A stretch of 64,000 bases of DNA from Lingula anatina (taxonomy: Eukaryota; Animalia; Brachiopoda): positions 3,224,001 through 3,288,000 of the forward strand of contig CM120646.1 in assembly GCA_051362555.1 (NCBI GenBank), written 5' to 3'. Positions 36,991 through 51,276 of the stretch are shown here, one piece after another. Numbering within the stretch: the first letter of the stretch is position 1; the number at the start of each line of letters is the position of its first letter. The position numbers were made by a program, and so were the translations under genes. Below the pieces are notes generated by a model. The model had not been told where the DNA came from and made no database searches. It saw only the letters and a program-made list of their open reading frames with translations.

Positions 36991-39900
36991 GCATAGTTCT
37001 AGTGCATTGGGTTGGTGACCTCGCAGAAATCTGTGCCGAAAGTCGTGAATTTTGACCTGAGTCGGTTCTTTGTACTTCAGTCGTAGCTTTCATTCACATT
37101 TGTTGGGTGTGGAATTGTTGATTGCCGAAAAAATCTTCGCCTGGAAACTTCTTGAACTTTAAATATAAAAGAGAGACGATGAAGAACGAAGATGTCCTGA
37201 CCCAATGTTACACGGCGAAGTTGGAATTTGGACTGTGACCAACTTTTCTTTTATCATGTTCGGGTCTCATTTTCATGTTGATTTTGCATTGTACCTGTTT
37301 GTCACATGCTTCTATGTCATCTTCATAATACAATGCTTCAAAGTTTCAAAAGTTCACGTTGTTTCTGTGTTAATAGTCCATAAAGGAGATGTCTGTAATA
37401 GAAAGAAAAAGAAAAATTGCCCCTTTTCGGTTGTCAACAAGAAATATCACAAAATCAGAAGGTCCGTATGTCTCAAATTGATTTCAAACTATATGTTTTA
37501 CTTATAAGCCACCCTTTTATCAAAATAGAGCCAGTAGATCAGTCAATCCAACACAGGGAGAACCTTGGGGTCCCTGTCCCTTGAGGAAGTAAAGAGTTGA
37601 TTGAATATTGCCTTTATTTCTTACATCCTAAAATGTTTGATGGAACTAGCAATAATGCAGTGAATTCTTTATTCCTGACCATAAATTCATGAATAACCTA
37701 TTGATGTTATTGAATTTTGTAATACACTTATGAGCAGTAAGACTTGGACAGGAAAGAGATGGATTATGAAATGTACATAGTGGCTGTTGCCGTTAAGGCT
37801 ACCATGTTCACACTGGGAAAGAGGTTTCACATCTTAGATTTATGTTGTGATTCATTTCTGTCTATTGCCACTCGAGAGATCAACCTACTCTTTGCAAGAA
37901 CTTAGTCACTGTTTCGATGAAATGATGCATGCATTCGGCTTTTTTCCCAGACTTGATTTCTTAAATAATTCTGCACATAATTTAGATTGTTTTCTTGGCA
38001 ACATGAATTTTCTAGACACAGGAAGACCATTTCCAATATTGCTTTGTGACTTGGGTGATTTCCTTGCCTTAAACACACATAATTATGAGGCATGGTATTA
38101 TTAACAGAGCCCAATGAACCAACAGAACAACATTATTACAAGGCAATCCATTATGTTATGACCTTGGATGTTTTAATTAAGGAAACACAGTCCATGATTT
38201 AGAGCTTAGCCAAAATATGTAAATATGCCTTGTTATTGCATTTATAAGAAGGAAATGAGTTTGCTGTGCACAAAATCTGGCCAGTGTCTTAAAACTGCCA
38301 TATTGTTTCATGTACAATCTTATAACCATAAAATTCACTGGCCGTAAAGATACTTTTCTGTGAACTAATTTATAGTTTATTACTCTTGGTCCATGATTGA
38401 GGATGTGTTGTCATGAGCATAGGGGCATTCATTATAAAACAGTTTAGGAATAGAATATTTATAGAATAAAATGAGCATAAATATTCTTTGTTAGCAGTGA
38501 TAATAATAGAGTATAAATATTCACTGTTCATCAGCAAAGTTATATATCAATATTCTTTGTTAGACACAGTATTATTGTATATAGTGCCAGACACAGTGAA
38601 AGCATATGGTCCTGTATTGTCATAAATGCCTGTATTTGCTGTATGCAAAGTCCCAGACACAAAGGAGACAAATAAGACCCCAGGGCCCAGTTGACAGATG
38701 TCCAGTATGCCCCTCAAGCCATCACAGACTGACCGGTACTTACAAGAAATAGCTGCCTTGGAGCTAAATCTTCACTGACCTAAATAAAGACCTGTTTTCC
38801 AAGCTCACACGGAGTCTGTAGATATTTTGTGGCATACTTACTATACAGGTTTGTTGCCTCTGGAAAATTACAGGATTTGTCTGGTGTATTATATACAGGT
38901 TATTAAGGACATTCATCTAAAGGTTGATGAGATAGTCTCAAATATGCTGAAGCTGTTGTTTCTGATGTTCATGACAGAAAATATTTTCTTGTTCCGACAG
39001 AAAATTGTGGTTAGTGACTGACCAATGTCCAGCAACAATTTGAAGACCAGTCATCTTCAATAAAAAGCCAGTCAAAAAAAAAAAAAAGCACAGAAAACGT
39101 TTGGATTTTTTTTTTACATTTACCTGATGATCAAAACTGTTAACTGTTCGTTGATCATTGTGAAGGATGGATACCGAACACCCCCTCTGCCCTCTTGAAA
39201 CGTGCCATTTTCATACTGAAATGCCTGCTTTAAGTCAACTTTAAGGCAAATCAAAATTTTCAGTCAAAAAGCAGTGTTAATTTTGCTACACTATTTCATT
39301 AATTAATTTTTTGTTTTGATTTTTTTATTGCCAATTCTACATATCCCAGGCATCTGGTAAACATGTGTTTTGCAAGCCTGATCCTAGTTAGTGCTGCAGA
39401 GACATTTCCTGTGAAGCATTGGTTGTTTAATTGATCTCAGAAATGGAGACACAAGGCCTGTCATGATCAATCAAAAGGTATTACTCATCAGGTTGGTGCC
39501 TTGGAGGTTTTTCAAAGTGATGGAACTTGTATAGAACTGATATAGATTCACCGAACAAAAGGGTTTTCAGTTTGTGGGACAGACAGCTCTGATGTCTCTT
39601 TGTGCAGAATTAGATTTTAAAACATTTATACACAATGCCCTTTATGGCTCATCGGAGAAATCGATGTTCATGGCATGTTGGGGCTGACTTTTCTTTGATT
39701 CAGTGAATATTGGAGAGAACGAATGAGGATGTGATTCAAGGCATTGTTTTCTTCTGTTGTTTCAATATTTTGATGTGGTACAATGCTGGGATTAACAAGA
39801 GAAACCCAGCGAGATAGATTTTTATCAGTATAGAAAAGAAACGTGAGAAGCCATGAAAGCAAGTTTGTGTGGTTACTGTATGGCTTTATAACTACATGAC

Positions 39901-42900
39901 AAGATGTTATATCAGATATATTTGGTTTTGTCTGTCATGCAGAATTTGTTTCTTACATTGATATAAGAGTTACAATTTATATGCAAATTACCTAAGAAAT
40001 TGTTTAAAAGAATCAGAAGTTTGTATGATTTGTTTTATGGAAATTGAAAAATTAAATGGAGGCAATAAAAAATAATAAGCATTAGTCTCAGAACCCTTCA
40101 AATGGGGCAAAATAAGTAGAGATATGTACAGATCAGTCCTTAATTTTTTTGCTAGAATTGTGAAGTAACGAAGAAAATAAGACCTCCCCCAACCCCCAAT
40201 ACTTTAACCCTTTAGGTCCAATTAATGTCATATCTGAATATTTATGATGAAATCTGTGCCCCTGTGCTATTATTAGGCACAGGGTACTAAAACATGGTTG
40301 TTGTCTATATAATGAATCTGGGCTGTGTAAATATTGCCAGATACTGAGTCAACTGGAGAGGGGCAAAGGTGGAGAGGTATTTACAGGTATATAGAAACCT
40401 GTTATGTCATTTATACCCTTGCTTTGCCAGTTAAGAGTCTGAAGCTTTTGCATGTTTTGTTGAGAAATAATTGGAATTTAGGTGAAGTGATTAAGGGATC
40501 TTGTTTCTTTTACATTCTGTCAAGTTATATTTGTGTTGGGACCTTTGGTTCCTGTGGTATTCAAGTGAAATATTAGAGGAGAGCGATGCCAGGAAATGTC
40601 TTTGTGGTATTAAGATATAACTGATAACACATTTACATTTTCTTTGGGTTTTTATCATTAAATAAAGATAATGTTTAGGATACTTAAACGATAAAAAATA
40701 TTAAGGGAAAACCCGCCTGCTGTCAAAGCCTCATCGTAGTCTTCAAGATAACACCATAAGCATTGAAAATAAAAAATACTGCTGATGGTTTCAATAACTT
40801 TGGCAAATATGTCTAGAACCTCTTTGTTTAACTAATTGTCAATCTTACCCAAAACACTGAGTCAGTAAGTATGTGGAGTTCTTTGTTTTCACATGAGTAC
40901 ACACTGTACTTAGATCTCTCACATTCCTCACATTGCTGTGGGAGGGAGGCAGATGTGGGGCCACTTAGAAATCGTTTAATCTGTGTTTGGACACTGCGGC
41001 TCTCACAGAGGTAGTGCTGATTTGTAAATTTATGTATAGAGGGAGAAGCTGATTTGGTCATCGGCTTGGATTGTCAGTTGGGTCGTACAACAATTTCTAC
41101 TCAATTCAGTGATTTTGTTCAAACCTGTCGCACTACAGGGGTTTAAGAAAGAATTAAAAGATTAGAAGTTTGTATGTTCTATTTTATGCAGATGTTTCAT
41201 ACCCAATTAGCACTTACGGAACTCTGGTCTTATGGTTCTCTTGAATGCTGAAGAACACAAAATAAGAAAACATTTTTGAAGCATACACCATTGATTGATA
41301 TATTTCAAATTTGATCTTAATTTGAAATATTTAAGGGAATCTTTGTTGCAAGCAACATTATTATTATTTTATTTCTTTAATTCTTCATTCTCCAGGCCTT
41401 AGTGAACATCAATGTGGTTGACAAGCAGAGTGGAAAACATGAGCCTATGGTGGCTTTTCTGTGTAACAAAGCGGCCATGTACAAGACAAAGAAGGGATGG
41501 GTCGCTGACAGGGATACCGACTGCCTCAAGGACGGCAGCCAAATCGTAGAATTTTGTAAAAAGGTGAGAAGTTGTACCTACGGGTGGTTAATTTGAAAAT
41601 TCTTAATTTATTTATTGAATAGTTTATACACACTGTAAGACAATTAATTTTGAAATTTGAACTATTTTGATTACTTGACTGCAGTGTAAATAAAAATGGT
41701 GGCTGGGTGATTGTATAAAATAAAATCCTACTTTTGTAATGATAATGGCTAAAACGACGTTGTTGCAAAAGTTTTGCTTGCAGGTATTCTGTTCTACATG
41801 AATATCAACTTTTAAGATTTAATACTTCTGTTTACCTCAGGACAAATCGTACAGATAAAGAATCTAAAGTCTTATATTTTGTCATTATACTACAAGATCT
41901 GTTTCATTATATTTTGTGAGCAAAAACACTCATTTCCCCATTTTAAGAATGATTGAAGGATGTTTGTATTAAACCTGAATCACTGGATGTATGTTGTTTA
42001 TGTCATACAAAACCTGTTTTCTTGTCTAGGCTTCCAAGCTTTTTTTTTTTTCCAGTGTTAATTGGATTACATTAGAGCCCCACCTTGTAATGAAGTTGGT
42101 TACTCTCCGGGGACATAGAAATGACATTCTGCTACCTCTTTATACAAACCCACAGAGAATTGCTGACATTTCATTTGTGTGTCTGAAAGTCCAGATGATG
42201 CATCTTATCTGTCCTTGGCCGTGTCACTATAAAAACCTTGGGAATTTTATCAGACGCTGTCATTAACACTTGTTTTCTGTTTTGATCGTAAAGATACGGC
42301 TCACTCGAATCTTCAAGTTTCTGCCGCTGGTCTTCTTTGTTTCTCAAGGTCCTGTGGGGATCTGGGGAATCTTATTATGAGCCAGGGGGGTTCTAATTTT
42401 ACTGTAGATATTTGTCCATCAGAGCTTTGGCCTCGATATTTATACTAATGGTGGCCCAAATGTCCCGTCCTCTGCCATTTTGTGTACATATATTTGTATT
42501 GAGATTAGTTGAATAAAACAGAAGTGATTTTGTAAGCCTTAGGCTTCGTTCACATGCAATGTTTATTTTCTAAATTCTATTTTCTATTCGCGGTATGTCT
42601 TATGATCACGTTCTGTGCCCTTAATATCCCGCGGCGTAATTCTGGCAGCGCAGCCCAGTTACTATAAGTTACTATAAGTAACTGGCTCGCGCTGCCAGTA
42701 ATTACGCGGCGGGATATTCAGGGCACAGACAGTGATCATAAGATAGCGCGAATAGAAAATAGAATTTAGAAAATAGATATTGCATGTGAACGAAGCCTTA
42801 GTATGTTTATCAGAAGTCCAGTTGTTGTAAGAGCATTTGAGCTTTTTTGCACTGATATATTTTTACTATTGAGGTGGCTTAATCAGACTTGTGTATACAC

Positions 42901-45900
42901 CTGATGCTTCTCTTGTCAAGCTTGTTTTTACCTTCTCTTGAAAACTGCCATTCTGGGATTAACTTGATTTATGGAGCGTTCAACTCATTACTTCCTAATC
43001 GTACTTATAAAAGAAGATCCTTTGGGAAATAGAAAATCAGTTTTGTTTAAATGAAGTGAGGGATTACCAAGCAGTGTATCTTCAAACAAGAATGTAATAT
43101 TTTCTTTCAACTATGCACCAATGAAGTCTTGGCCACATGTTAAGTCTGTGGATTCCCTTCTCCTTGGTGCAATGGCTTTGTTTTAAGGTGATGTCTCAAA
43201 AGCCCCATTCACACGTACATGGTTAATCAAGATTAAGGGAATCGCGATTCTAACGCGCTTAGCTAAATTCACTTTTTTGCGTTCACACATGTAAAAACGA
43301 AATCGCGATTTACCTTGCTAGATCTGGTAATTGCAACTGCGCTCGCTAGGGGAGTCATGGTATATCCTGTTGATCATGCGCAGTAGCTGCCTTCAAGACC
43401 ATGCTTTCGGTGTGTACGGTGTTATTTTCTGTTTAATATTCTCATCGGCCCAAATATTTGTTTATGCTGCCACTGAGTTTTCAGACCATACTTCCTCTTG
43501 GCCATTTTGCTGACTGCGAAGAAACTTGAAAATGGGTGGACAGTTTGTTTTCTTTCACTTTCCAGTCGGCGAATAGCTGTATTTAGCTACTCTGAAGTGC
43601 CGAATAAGAGTGCCTACCGGAATAACAGTACCCCCGGAAAACTTTCCAAAATTAATAACAGTGCCTAGCGGAATAACTGTGCCCCCTGGAAAAATTCCCG
43701 ATATTTAATAACAGTGCCTAGCGGAATAACTGTGCCCCCTGGAAAATTTTATCAGTTTTAATAATTTCAATGAATAATTGTAATGGCAATTTTAAATTAT
43801 ATTCCAATCTGGAAAAATTTTGTTTTGACTATTAAACATAAAAAACACAATATCTAGACAAATTTACCTTTGATTTTATACACATAGTTAAACATATTTT
43901 AACTATTTAGAGTAATCTCTATCACCAAGCTCCCCCGGAAAATTTTTTCAATCGAGGTGCAATTTGGTGCATTTTAGGGTATTTATGTAATTTTTTTTAC
44001 ATCTAATGTGTCACTGAATTGTCTTGTTTTAGATGTTTTGAGGAATTAATTTAGTAATGACATAACAAAGGTTTAGACAAAATTTATTTTCCTGTCTATG
44101 CATTCACTCAGTTTAGTCAATCTTGAAGTTTAAGATTCAGCAGCAGCAGTTCCTATAATGCTAATTTAAACTTTCAAAAATTATAGAACATACTATTAAA
44201 AAAAAAAATTAACTACTTTAATACAGGAATCAAGAAAAAGGGCTTCCTATATTGAATTATTTTTTGATTGACCAAAAAGTTGATATAATATGTTGTTCTT
44301 ACCATATTTCACCTTTCTGAAAATAAATAAAACTGCTGCAAAAAACGTTCTCTCTCCTGTCGTTCAGCGCAAAAACTCCCGCTACTCATTATACGTAGTT
44401 TGAGATGTACTTTATAATCAACAACTTCAAACACCGTGAAATGAATTTTTCAGAATTAAAGAGATTAAAATCACACTTATTACCAATTTGAGTTCTTCGT
44501 TTGTTCATTTATATGATTCTATTCAGTCATGGAAATTCATATTCAACGCACGCGAAATACTGACGTGACCCAGTTTTACAACGCTACTGCTTTCACAAAA
44601 CTAACCCGTAAATCAGTAGAAAATCTTCTCCAAATTTATAAAATCAACAAAGTGCACTTAATTTTCTCCATTTTTATCAGTGAATAAACGTAAACTATAA
44701 AAACACACAACAGGCGGTCTTAATTTCGGAACATGACGAAGTGACAGAGAAAGTGTATTTGTGACATGTGACTAAATGTTGTCGAGAGCAGTTGCCTCGT
44801 TTCGCTCTGCCTCGTATACTTCAAATAAAGCACAGAACTGCGAAAACGAGGCACTCACAGGGAGATAACATACGCGCATGCGTATTTTCGTTACTACTAA
44901 ATCAAGTGCTCAGAAGCATGGGATTACGCACAGTATGTAAATAGAATGCCATATTTGCCTAGAAATAAATATAAATTTCAGTTAGCATTAGTGAAAATAA
45001 ACTTTTTTGTTCCATTCAGCCCAGCGAGGCGGTGCTTTTGACAAATTTCAGCGCGGCGCCTCGCTCTTTATATGCTGGAGAAACACTGGCTTATTTACGC
45101 TAAAAACAAGTTCGAGTGTAGTGCTTGCGACAGGTCATTAATAATTATTAACTTGTCCAATGAAACGATCATCAACATTTCCGAAACGATCAAAAATATT
45201 TCCAACCGGCACAGTGAGTGCCAAATAACCGTGCCGTGTGGAAAATTATTAATCGTGCCGGGGAGAATAAGATCGTGCCGGGTGGAAAATTTCCGGAAAA
45301 AAAATAAACGTGCCGGCACGTTTATTTGGCACTTCAGAGTAATGTTTCGTTTCAATTTATACCTGACATGAAATAAAATTTATTGTATTGTATTGTATTG
45401 TACTTTCGATAGAAACTATGCACGCGCCTTTAGTCCTCAACTTCCGGTGTTAACATCGATCCCGTTCTCACTAGGAAATTTTATATCGCGATTTAAAATT
45501 ACATCGATAGAATCCACCTCTCGAGTAGGATTAATTTGAATCGCGATTTGGCGTCTCTACTGCGTTCACATTAGAAGCTTAACATTGATAGAATCGCGAT
45601 TTGGCACTAATCGCGAATGAAAGTGTCTTGTGTGAATGGGGTTAAGGAGTAAAAAAAAAATTAGCCACTTTTTGGGTCACACCTGTATATACATGCTCTC
45701 CCCCCCCCCTTCCCATTTTCAAAGAAATGGCTTTTATTCTTGATTTCTTGGAATTCTAAGGCTGTGACTGTAAAATTGAATTCATCAAGCCAGTTTGGCC
45801 TTTAAATGCATGTTTTGCAGACTGTTCTTATTCTGAGGAAGAAAAGCAATTTTTCTGAGAAAGTCGTACAACTGATTGTTATTGGTAGGGACAGAAGTCC

Positions 45901-48900
45901 GTATGACAAAGTCTTGGCAGACATGAAAGTCTACCTCTGTGAAGAATCTGAGCTAGCCACTTTGTTTTGTTGTCCCGTCCCCCTCCCTCCTTACATCTTA
46001 GAACCAGTCAGAACATTGCCATACAAATAAGTGCACCACACAATGTGAGAAGGGTCAAAGCTAACTGTTTTGCTGTTTTTAAAATATATTTTAGCATGTC
46101 CTAAGTGAACTCCAAAATTACTTTCAGTCTTGTTTCAGAGAAAGTCGCCAGCAGTGAGACGTACAAAGAAATACATGTTTTTTCTGAAGTGCTTGAATAT
46201 TTGATAACACCCCCCTAGAGACAGTGACCTGAAGAATGAGCTATCCATGTTTAGTGGTCCACACATAAAATGATGTCTTAGGTCAAATATTATTCTCTAG
46301 CCTGATGGCAGTCACTTTGCCTATACTGCCATTGCTGGCAGAAGTCTGATTCTAGAATTTCAAGTTCAGTACCCCTTCCACTTTCACTTGAGAAAACGCT
46401 GCTCCTTTACTGTAGCTTTTTGCTAACTGTCTAGACTGTGCCTCTATTAAATCTGTTCTCATTTCTCTCCTTTTTCTTTCAGTTGAAATGATTAAAACCA
46501 AGTCTAAATAATTAAACAAAGTAGGATTTTATAACATATTTTTCTTTTTATGGACAGACATAAATGTGTCATCATAACGATAAATCATTAATTCAATTTT
46601 TTTAGCAGTATACACCACTTTTATAACGTTTATCAGCCAACCGTATATATATGATGTAAGTGTGCAAAACTGAATATTGATCCGAAATGGAGTGATCAAT
46701 ATCTGGACAGCAACACCTCCCTGTGCTTGTTGAATGTAAACATGCAGGAAAACCCTCCATAATGGTAGTCTCTGTTGTCATTTGAGTGTACTAGTTTCCC
46801 AACAGGAGATTTAAAGATTGGATTACAACTGGTGTGTGTGAGTTCTGTGTGGCGAGTGAAAGCTAGTGTTTCCGTTTTGAAATCTGGCTGTGAAAAAAAG
46901 GTTACGATTGGTGACTAAAAAATAAAGGGGTGTTTTTAAGAGATTGAAAAAAGGTTCAGTTTTAAAGATTTAACTTGCTTGAAATTTGATTTTTTGTAAA
47001 CTATTTGCAGTCCCGAAGAAGAGATGTGCTTGGAAGATTAGTGAGCAGTATGCTTGCAAAGAAATGCATGCTACTTGACGTTAAAACTAATATTTTATAT
47101 TTTTGTTTGAACTCGATCATTGTCAAAAAAGTGGATAAACCCAGGGTCATGAAGCAGCTGCTACAATGTTTCTGACATATCTACTACCTTTCTACTAATT
47201 CCAAAAGCTTTCTTCAGAAATCATCACTATGAATTAAAGAAACCTGGCTGTTTCCTTCATTTTGCTCATCCACGCCCAGTATAATCTCTCAGCTTTAGAA
47301 TAAATCTAGGATCTTGGTAAATAAGCCAGCTGCTTAAAAAAAAAACAGCCATTTTTATGTTGAATATCACTTGGAAAAGTCTTTTACTGTAAAATAAAAA
47401 GAATTATTTGAAGTTGACGCTGAAAGGACAAGGGTTAATGTTGTTTGTCGTCCATGTTTTCAACATTTCGAACAAATCTGGTCCTGAATGATATGTAGTG
47501 AACTGTAGAAAACATGCAAAGATGAATTTTGAAAAGAAGATTGGTTTGCTGTTAAACATTGGGCCATAATAAGCCTCCCTGTGGACTTCCTCTGGTGCAA
47601 TGCTCTCGTTTCGTTTCACTAGCTGTTTATTGCCGGAGGACCTTCACACGTTATGTGAGATCCCATTTTATCTGGAGTCAATTCAGCATGCTGCTTGGAG
47701 CTCTGGCAGAAATCGATTAATTCATGTGATACTGTGTGTTTTAACACGTTGTCTTTCAATTTTGTGGCTGTGTTTTATAGGGAAATGCATCATTCTGTGA
47801 AAAGTGCTTTTTAATGCTGTTTGCAAACTTTAGTTCTCTCTCTCTAAAAAATATTTTGTTCATATTCTTAATCAAAATCTTGGTTTTTTATCCCTAACTG
47901 AAAACATCTCAATTTGATGCTTAGAAAGATATTATAGTGATTGAGGTAGTTTTCGTGATACAGAGGCACTTCTTGCAATGGCTGACTAAGATATTTGCAT
48001 GGATCGCAGAGTTCAAGCAGTGCAGAATGACAGCTAATAATGAAAGCTAATGAGAACAGACAGAACAATTGGTCAATTTGCTGTGCACAGTTAGCAAAGC
48101 TTGTTACTGAAATTTTGTGACATTCAGTGCAATTTAAGGAGGAGGTTTTTATTATTATTATTAAGAGCTCATTAAAAGGATCGCAGAGTTTCTGATGTCT
48201 GTTTTATTTTCTGATAATCCGTAAAAATGACAGCATTAAAAAGATAAACAAGAACCATTTTCTTGTTATAAAATCTCTTGTGCATTTGCAAGCCTTGTTC
48301 ATCCTAAAAGTGTGGAATATATTTTCCATGAAGGATACATTTTGGTCAATATGATTAGAATTTGAACAAAGAAGCTGCTCAGCTGGACAGAAAAAGTCTT
48401 CATCATATCTTTTAATGATAATCAATAGACTCCGCTTTCCTTCTCTGCACATATTCAGCTACTATTTGATCAGGGGCTTGTATCTACTGTAAATCCTTAA
48501 AGCAAATTTTGGCAATTTTCCAAAGAGATTTACAAAATAGTTTTGATACTTTTTGGTTGTTTTTTGGTGCCATAATGTCCCTTTGGCATCTCACTGTAAC
48601 ATTGTGTGAGTGTTCATAGGTTTGATTATGATAATTTTGGGCCGACATTTACAAAATTTGAAATTGAATCACAAAGGTTGTCAATTGAATTTACTTTTCC
48701 ACACTTTACGGTCTGGTAATATCTGAGTGGAAATGCACAAGAGGCGGAAATAGAATCCGAACGATGCAGTAAATTGGTCTGGAAATCAATAACCAATTTG
48801 CTGGCCTTTATTGTTCAAGTTGATTAGAAGTGTCTTTTAGCCTGACTGGCATGGTGTGTGGCGTTCTGAATACACAGTGAAATAATCCATTGTGGTGTGC

Positions 48901-51244
48901 TAGTACTACAGTTTTAATTAAGAGTTTTAAAGTGGAGGCTTTTGCTTAAGAATTGGTATTTTACGTCATTTCTGTATGCTGTTCTAAATGTGTCTTCATT
49001 GTGTTATAGGGTGAGGTAGTAGAGAGATGCTCTATTTAAAGGATTGTGTTTTGTTGCCTATGGATAATAGAGACAGAAAAAGAAGTGTGCTAAGTAGCCA
49101 CTACATTTGAACTATCATATTACTTCCTTCCCATTCACTTAAAGCCATTATGATCATTACAAACAATCCACTAATATTCAGCACAGTCATGCCGATGTAT
49201 TTTTGTGTGCAAACAGCAGTAAAATCATGCAGAAAAGGCAGTTAGTCTGGTCAGTACCCTTAAAATGATACGCATAAGGCTGGGGTAGCACTTTATCCAC
49301 CAGTTTAGCCAAATATTAAATTTGACTTGGCTAAATCAAATTTGGTTGACTCAAATTGTCTTATATATAAAATTACATTATTGCCAGACTTTCTTGGACC
49401 CAATCAAAATGATTGTTTGAGTGCATATGCCCTATCATTTCTAGTAATTAGTAGAAATGAAACGTTTTCCACAAGAGAGAGATTAATGTGGTACAGTTAA
49501 GGGCCAGAAGCAAGTGAAAGTTGTTATCTGGGACGCCAGATGTCTCATAATGATAGACTCCGTAAGGTCATTAAGGCATGACATAGATTATTCAGAAAGT
49601 TATGAGATGGTCTCAGTTTTGTGTTGCTGAAATATTATCTCGACAGAAAAATGCTGCAGATGTCACTTGGCTGTTCAGGCTTGCCCTCTGTATTTAACAA
49701 TACCTAATCGTGGAAACTGGTTTTACCCTTTTAATGCCTATCATTATATTTTGCCTGCCTTTGTAGGGATCTTTGTGCTCTGAACCTGAATATTACAGTG
49801 GATGACAGGTTTAAAGTGGGCTTATTTTCTTGCACACCTGTGGTTTGTGGATAGAGTCCCATGTACTTAAAGTCTTACGGAAGTGTGGGGGGTGCCCAAA
49901 AACAAAATTTATGTGTGCCCCTGCCTCTAATTACAAAGTAGGTATTTACTTTGATCCAATGCATGTCACTCTTGACATGGAAGCCCAGAAAATTTTTTTT
50001 GTTAGTTTGGTTCAGTGCTTTTAAAATCTGATACAATAATTATTTAGCTAGAATACCGTTTCTGGAAGGTTGGCTACATTCTTACTTCACTGCACATCAA
50101 ACTTTGTTTCTTCAGACAATTTTATATGAAAAAAATGTCATATTGAAGACAGACTTAAGAAGCCATGAACCTGTTCAGGTGTGGTTTGGGCATAGGTTAT
50201 AAATCACTCCTGTCCTTAAGGTAGACGTGCCACAGATGACGTGATCTGCTGCCATTACTGAGGCCTGTTGGAGAAAATTCCAAAAGTTTAGTTTCATACT
50301 TTGAAATAAAATATGTTATGCGTTTGATTAAATTGGTTTCAGTAATAAGCGATGTGTTGATATGATAGGACACAACTTTTCTTTCGTTATTGTTATACAA
50401 TAAAGGTATGTGGTCACTCAGGAAATAAGGATTGGTTGTGAATGTCTGGAACTTTGCCTTAAAGGACTTTCTAATCTAAGTTACGTCAGTGTGTCTTTGG
50501 CAAGTGAAGTGGATTCCTTCCTGTCTTGTGTTGAAAACAGGAATGCAGTTGATGTTTGTTTGTCACATCATTGTTAAGTACATTGTTAGTTGTCATCATA
50601 GTTAAGTACTTCTCTGCCTTCCTATATTGGAACAGATATAAGGGTTATTTAAAACCGTTAGTTGGTTTTTTGCCTGCACTGACGAACAAGATGAGAGGGA
50701 TTCTACAATTATTTTTCTCGTACTGGCTGTCCTATTATTCCAGTCATACCAATTTTTGTCCAAAATTGACTTGACTAGTTTTAGAGAGGAAATGGCTAAG
50801 GACTAGATAAAGATAAACCTTTGTAATGACCATCTCTGTCTAAAGCTAAAAAATGGATTTTCAGAGTTACCTTCACCTTTCTGTCCTCTTTCTCCAGCCT
50901 GTCATCATTTTATAACCATCTGATGATGTATTATCCCAGACTTATTCTGATAAATGTCAAATTACAGTTGATATTACTTTATTCCCAGAATACCTGGTAT
51001 GGCACTTAGCTGAAATAATCGATGAAAAAAAGTGAGAAAAACATTTACCTGAAATCCATCAATAGAAGAAGTCTTCATTTAGCTTCAGACATGATGAAAA
51101 CTTTGTAAAACAGACAAACCTTCATTTAAAAAAAAATTTGGAGACCTGATTGGATATTCTGATATTTTTACTGATCCCTTGGCCTGACGTCTGGACAGAT
51201 CTTTAGGGAAAGCCTTGACTTGATGTAAACCCCCCCCCCCCCCC

Positions 51245-51276
<32 letters not shown>

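Noticed and set aside
45072-45371. Overlapping 99-aa and 86-aa ORFs at the end of the nested transposon
   Set aside because: No DDE/D or helix-turn-helix motifs; they run across subterminal repeats and the TIR.
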